DNA of 64,000 nucleotides. It comes from Gammaproteobacteria bacterium. GTDB taxonomy: Bacteria; Pseudomonadota; Gammaproteobacteria; JBCCGL01. Positions within the stretch are counted from its first letter, which is position 1. Each line of letters opens with the position of its first letter. The notes beneath the pieces are model-generated. The model was given only the letters and a program-made list of their open reading frames with translations, did no database searches and was not told where the DNA came from. Below are positions 61,949 through 64,000 of the stretch, in pieces. The DNA is taken from positions 1,088,001 through 1,152,000 of the forward strand of contig OZ255836.1 in the NCBI GenBank assembly GCA_965277715.1. Direction: 5' to 3'. The translations under genes were made by a program, and so were the position numbers.

Positions 61949-62407
61949 ATGAAAGCGATAATACGACTCTCTGAAATAGCCCTTGTAATAACAGTGCTGT
62001 CGATCAGCACAAACAGCGTTGCTGATATTTACCGCTGGGTGGATAAAGAAACAGGGGAGATATTTTTTTCTGAAACCCCTCCGCCCCCTGAAGTAACACG
62101 CGACTACACAAACATTACCTCTGAACTGGAAAAACGCATTCTAAAACGACAACAGGCTACGACAGCCCGTGCTACCAGTAGCAGTCAAACACAACCGAAA
62201 AACACCAATCAGATAACACTGGAATCCAGCGGTATCATCAGTGACCAGGCGCTATTGTCTCAACGCCGCTGCAAATCATTTAATGAACAAATTACACGCC
62301 TTGAAAAGCAAATATCGCAAACCGAAGACCCCAATATAATGGACCGGCTGGTTATCAAACTGGACGAATACGAACAATCGCTTGCAGCAAATTGTTCGGC
62401 TAAATAA
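61949..62407 (+). CDS. DUF4124 family secreted protein
   Basis: Signal peptide then IYRWVD..FSETPPP. Confidence 0.75.
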   Translation: MKAIIRLSEIALVITVLSISTNSVADIYRWVDKETGEIFFSETPPPPEVTRDYTNITSELEKRILKRQQATTARATSSSQTQPKNTNQITLESSGIISDQALLSQRRCKSFNEQITRLEKQISQTEDPNIMDRLVIKLDEYEQSLAANCSAK

Positions 62408-62480
62408 CGTATTGCATGATGGGCAAAACACGCGTGCACTCAATCCCGTAAACACGACAGTAAAACCAGCAACCACCTCC

Positions 62481-63407
62481 TTATCGCCTACGTGCAGCAA
62501 GTGCTTCACGGTGCGAGATATACGTCACCGCAGCAACGATAATACCCCCGCCGGCAATAACCCACGGATCGAGCGCCTCGCCAAAGACAAAAATGCCCAA
62601 CAGCGATGCCCACACCAACTGTAAGAAAGAAACAGGCTGCGTAACGGTAATGGGTGCGCAGGCAAAAGCACGGGTCAATGTATAGTGTCCCGCCGTTGCA
62701 AATACAGCCGTTAACAACAACCAAAATAACTCACGTAAAGTCGGCTCACGCCACTGCAACAACGCACCGGGCAATAACACTAACGTACAAAAGATCGACA
62801 ACATCACCACTATTTCTGTAGAGCTACGTGTGCCTGTCAGTTTTTTTGCCACTAAAAAAGAGACGGCAAAAAAAGGCGCGGCCAAAAGCTGCGCCAAAGA
62901 ACCTAACTCAATATCCTGAAAGCCTGGCCGCAAGATCAGCATCGCACCGATAAAACCACTCACTACCGCCATAATCCTGCGTATATGCAATACCTCACCC
63001 AAGAACAGCATCGCACCAATAGTCGTAAAAATCGGTGTGGTGTAACCAATAGCAGTCACTTCAGCGATAGGAATACGCGCCATTGCATAAAACCACAACA
63101 TCACCGCAGCACCGTGGGTAAGCCCTCTAATCACATAGTGCTTAAAATTTCCTTTGTCAGGTGCCCGAAAATCCGGGTTCAACACAAGGCGGATTGCCAA
63201 TGGTAATATCAGCAAGGTACCGAATGCATAGCGGATAAAAGCGGCCTCCACGGCGGGAAGATCAGAACCAAGATGCCTGACAACACCTGTGACAGCAACA
63301 AATAACACACCTGTCAATAACATCCAGGCGATACCGGCCAGTGTTCTATCTATGCCCGGTTTGGGTTGTGTATCAGGTAACTCGATGGGTAGTCTCGACA
63401 AAAGCAT
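62481..63407 (-). CDS. DMT/EamA family transporter
   Basis: Two EamA repeats (FLGE, VFGE), hydrophobic helices. Confidence 0.88.
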   Translation of the reverse strand: MLLSRLPIELPDTQPKPGIDRTLAGIAWMLLTGVLFVAVTGVVRHLGSDLPAVEAAFIRYAFGTLLILPLAIRLVLNPDFRAPDKGNFKHYVIRGLTHGAAVMLWFYAMARIPIAEVTAIGYTTPIFTTIGAMLFLGEVLHIRRIMAVVSGFIGAMLILRPGFQDIELGSLAQLLAAPFFAVSFLVAKKLTGTRSSTEIVVMLSIFCTLVLLPGALLQWREPTLRELFWLLLTAVFATAGHYTLTRAFACAPITVTQPVSFLQLVWASLLGIFVFGEALDPWVIAGGGIIVAAVTYISHREALAARRR

Positions 63408-63847
63408 TGAATAAACGGAGAAATATCATGTGCCTGTACAGTATGGTGTACTTTACCGCTGATAAGCAATCAGGAAACCATGTACCCCCACAAATTACCC
63501 TGTCAAAACAGCCTTTAATATCGAATGTTTCTCGCCTGGAAAAAAATTCCGATATGCTGCTTCAAAACTGCTCTGCCAATGCCTGGAACAGTTCGGCGAA
63601 AGACGAACAGGTTGAGCCCAAAACCCAGCCTAAAGATGCCATTATTTCCTTAACAATAGTGAGATAAAACGAGGGCCAACAAAAGGAAATCCTTCTCTAA
63701 AATTCGTTGATGATATTTCATCAATATCAAAATATTGGCGGTGGAAGGTTAACACAAACCAAATTGCTCTGACTATCCGCAACTCTCTGCTACCACACAC
63801 CCGTCAACCGCACTATTCACTTGATAGCTGCGCAACAGGAAGCGTTC

Positions 63848-64000
63848 ATGGCGAAAACAACGCAACGGAGCAAAGCCATGAACCATCCCAAATTCACCTG
63901 CAATCACATCAATCAGAAGCAACTCGCTGACCGATGGGACCTTTCCCAACGGACTCTGGAACGTTGGCGGGCCGTTGGCTGGGGGCCTCTCTTCCTTAAA
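63848..64000 (+). CDS. Excisionase/AlpA-like helix-turn-helix protein (runs off the window edge)
   Basis: INQKQLADRWDLSQRTLERWRAVGWGPLFLK; AGGA RBS before ATG at 63848, alternative ATG at 63878. Confidence 0.8.
   Translation, partial: MAKTTQRSKAMNHPKFTCNHINQKQLADRWDLSQRTLERWRAVGWGPLFLK

Noticed and set aside
63341-63667. 108-aa ORF
   Set aside because: Overlaps the DMT gene start, has no motif and no RBS; cannot be supported

Overview
Gammaproteobacterial chromosome segment, mostly core genes, interrupted by one IS-riddled accessory region (~28.1-37.2 kb). Left to right: a carnitine/betaine-type catabolic cluster (GcvT-family oxidoreductase, carnitine-dehydrogenase-like, CaiD-like hydratase, ADP-forming acyl-CoA ligase, flavin reductase) beside tRNA-Arg(ACG); the rpoE-rseABC-mucD-grx-lepA-lepB-rnc-era-recO block; nadB, rhodanese, orn, phhB, rsgA; an NADP isocitrate dehydrogenase fused to a CBS pair; an amidinotransferase-fold enzyme paired with an N-carbamoyl hydrolase; a VapBC-type TA pair; then intact IS3 and ISL3 elements plus IS481, IS3, IS4 and IS5 remnants around an AT-rich cargo (58-aa truncated H-NS-like ORF, formyltransferase, polysaccharide deacetylase, a decayed gene, and an octamer-repeat array). 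After that come acyl-CoA genes, mtaD-ubiG-HAD phosphatase, dacB, a stand-alone EF-G, hfq-hflX, a complete methylmalonyl-CoA propionate operon behind a 30-bp palindrome, and the start of an excisionase-like HTH gene at the right edge. No CRISPR array or rRNA was seen. All family assignments come from motif recognition by eye; no database search was run.
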